From Octopus sinensis (taxonomy: Eukaryota), in assembly GCF_006345805.1 (NCBI RefSeq), contig NC_043020.1, forward strand, positions 15,934,001-15,998,000: DNA of 64,000 nt, written 5' to 3'. The notes under the pieces were generated by a model that saw only the letters and a program-made list of their open reading frames with translations, was not told the DNA's origin and searched no databases. Below, one piece after another: positions 61,725 to 64,000 of the stretch; the first letter of the stretch is position 1; each line of letters starts with the position of its first letter. Both the position numbers and the translations under genes were made by a program.

Positions 61725-61727
<3 letters not shown>
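61460..61727. repeat. Perfect palindrome, 132-bp arms, 4-nt loop
   Basis: ORFs 61461..61712(+) and 61475..61726(-) are identical except at the centre; loop tacg at 61592-61595. Confidence 0.95.
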
Positions 61728-61803
<76 letters not shown>

Positions 61804-62082
61804 CATGGAATTTTAATTGAGGACTTAATCAACAGTTGCTCTGTACTTGTGCATTTGTTCAAATGGATTTTCAAGCAGGCAGCAGAAGAATTGCAACACC
61901 TCATCCATTTTAGTCATCTGATAACGAGGGGAGTAGAGGGTGTATAATGACTTTTGTTGCGACAATAAATTTCTCACTTGTCACAGATTGAACCTAAAAC
62001 CAAGTGGTTGGGATGAAAGTTTCTCACCACACAGCCATACTTGCACCCATTGTTAAACAATATTATTATAATGTTGGACAAA

Positions 62083-62660
62083 GGTGCAGGAGTGGCTGTG
62101 TGGTAAGTAGCTTGCTTACCAACCACATGGTTCCGAGTTCAGTCCCACTGCGTGGCACCTTGGGCAAGTGTCTTCTACTATAGCCTCGAGCCAACCAAAG
62201 CCTTGTGAGTGGATTTGGTACATGGAAACTGAAAGAAGCCCATCGTATATATGTATATATGTGTGTTGCTTGACAACCGATGCTGGTATGTTTGCATCCC
62301 CGTAACTTAGCGGTTCGGCAAAAGAGACTGATAGAATAAGTACTAGGCTTACAAAGAATAAGTCCTGGGGTCGATTTGCTCGACTAAAGGCGGTGCTCCA
62401 GCATGACCGCAGTCAACTGACTGAAACAAATAAAAGAGTAAAAGAGTAAAGGCAGTGAATGGGCAGAATCCTTAGCATGCTGAAGAAAATGCTTAGTGGC
62501 ACTTCATTAATCTTTACATTTTGAGTTCAATTTCTGCTGAGGTCAACTTTGCTTTTCACTCTTTCGGGACTGATAAACTGAGTACTAGTTGAACTTCAGT
62601 GTCGAGTTTATCGACTTCCCCTCCCCTCAAAAACTCCTGGCCCTATGCCAAAATTTGAAA
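62083..62660 (+). mobile_element. Family A SINE directly followed by family B SINE
   Basis: ggtgcaggagtggctgtgtgg...agagtaaaagagtaa|aggcagtgaatgggcagaatc. Confidence 0.85.
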
Positions 62661-62669
62661 CCATTATTT

Positions 62670-63453
62670 TGAAGATGTCCTAAAACTGCCACCACACTGA
62701 GGAAAATTGATTGTGTTCACCACTTGGTGATGGATGACAAGTGATCGACTATAACTCAAATAGCCAATGCTATAAGCATATCCCATGAGAGTGTTGAGAA
62801 TATTCTGCCCAATGAACTTGCCATGATGAAGGCTTCTTCTTGGTTGGCACCATGTCTTCTGACACCTGATTAAAAGTACAACAGACTAATCGCATAACAG
62901 GAAAATCTGACACTGTTTGAGGTAGATCCAGCTGGTTTCCTTGAATGTTTCCTAACCCAAGATGAGTGTTGGGTTCATCATTTTGAGCAAGAGACAAAGA
63001 GACAATCCATGAAGTAGAAATATTCCTCCTCATCAGCTCCAAAGAAGGCCAAAGTCGTTTCATGTGCAGAGAAAGTGATGGCCTCAATTTCTTGGGATGC
63101 AAAAGGGTCTTGTTTCATCAGGACAATGCTCCAGCACACAAGTCCTTGTTTTCAAATGCTGCTGTGTGTGACTGGCTTTGAACTGTTTGATCAGCCTCCC
63201 TATCATCTGTTCCCAAACATGAAAAAATACTTGGCTCGGAACCAGTATCACACTGATGATGTCATATCTGCTGTTGATGAGTTTCTTGACCAACAGGATG
63301 AAAGTTTCTTCGCTAATGGGATCCAAGCACTGCAACACTGATGGGAGAAGTATATGAACTGCAAGAGGGATTATGTGGAAAAATAAACTTCATTTAGTCA
63401 CATACTATGGGAGTATTTTGGTCAGCCTATGAACTTTTCACCTGACCCTTGTA
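62670..63453 (+). pseudogene. Mariner transposase remnant with right TIR
   Basis: FLTQDECWVHHFE.ETKRQS...KAKVVSCAEKVMASISWDAKG (deletion) ...YHLFPNMKK...GIQALQH*WEK...DYVEK*; TIR cagcctatgaacttttcacctgacccttg-ta at 63422-63453. Confidence 0.85.
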
Positions 63454-64000
63454 TTTCCTTGCCTATAAAAGATTTCTGTCCAGAGATCTGCCAAAATATC
63501 TGCTAAATTCTAAGAGAAATATTAGTGAAATAAAAGACGGAGATGCTTTGTCACACAGAGAAGCTGCAGAGAGAAACTGCAGGGTCAACTCAGAGGTTTT
63601 ACATGCTCTTCTAAATTCACTACCATGTTAGAAACCTGTCCTTATCATCAACAGGTATCTAATGGTACAAACATTTTGCCCCTTAGCCTGTATGCTTTGC
63701 CTGAGTGGAGCATCAAGGACTGAACTAGTTAGTCTATGAACTTTCACCTGACCCTTGTATTTCCTTGCCTATAAAAGATTTCTGTTCAGAGATCTGTCAA
63801 AATATCTGCTAAATTTTAAGAGAAATTAATAGTGAAATAAATGCCAGAGATGCTTTGTTCCACAGAGAAATTGCAGGATCAACTCAGAGGTTTTACATGT
63901 ACTTCTAAATTCACCACAATGTTTAGAAACCTATCCTTGTCATCAACAGGTATCTAATGGTACAAACATTTTGCCCCTTAGCCTGTAGGCTTTGCCTGAG
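63427..64000. repeat. ~307-bp tandem duplication beginning inside the mariner TIR
   Basis: ctatgaacttt(t)cacctgacccttgtatttccttgcctataaaagatttctg at 63427 and 63734; the second unit runs to the window end. Confidence 0.9.

Noticed and set aside
61461-61726. Two identical 83-aa genes on opposite strands
   Set aside because: A direct consequence of the perfect palindrome; no coding evidence.

Overview
Eukaryotic, AT-rich, repeat-dense genomic window. The SINE-like families and (TA)n/(CA)n microsatellite load suggest an octopus/cephalopod genome (inference from recall, not checked by search). The dominant feature is a ~17.3 kb array of a 40-bp satellite (9829-27105, ~430 units) with nested higher-order duplications. 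The unique flanks on both sides are colinear halves of one Tc1/mariner (DD37D/maT-like) transposase, and the satellite unit is the segment encoding its second catalytic Asp region (D-x-x-PCHT-x-RKSQ). The rest is a mosaic of at least four SINE-like families, CR1-like and RTE LINE fragments, mariner/hAT/piggyBac-like remnants and several long hairpin elements next to (TA)n tracts. It also contains a tRNA-head element with a hammerhead-ribozyme-like tail, and small phase-compatible minus-strand exons encoding an unidentified hydrophobic, probably multi-pass membrane protein. Almost all ORFs in the supplied track are microsatellite or repeat artefacts.
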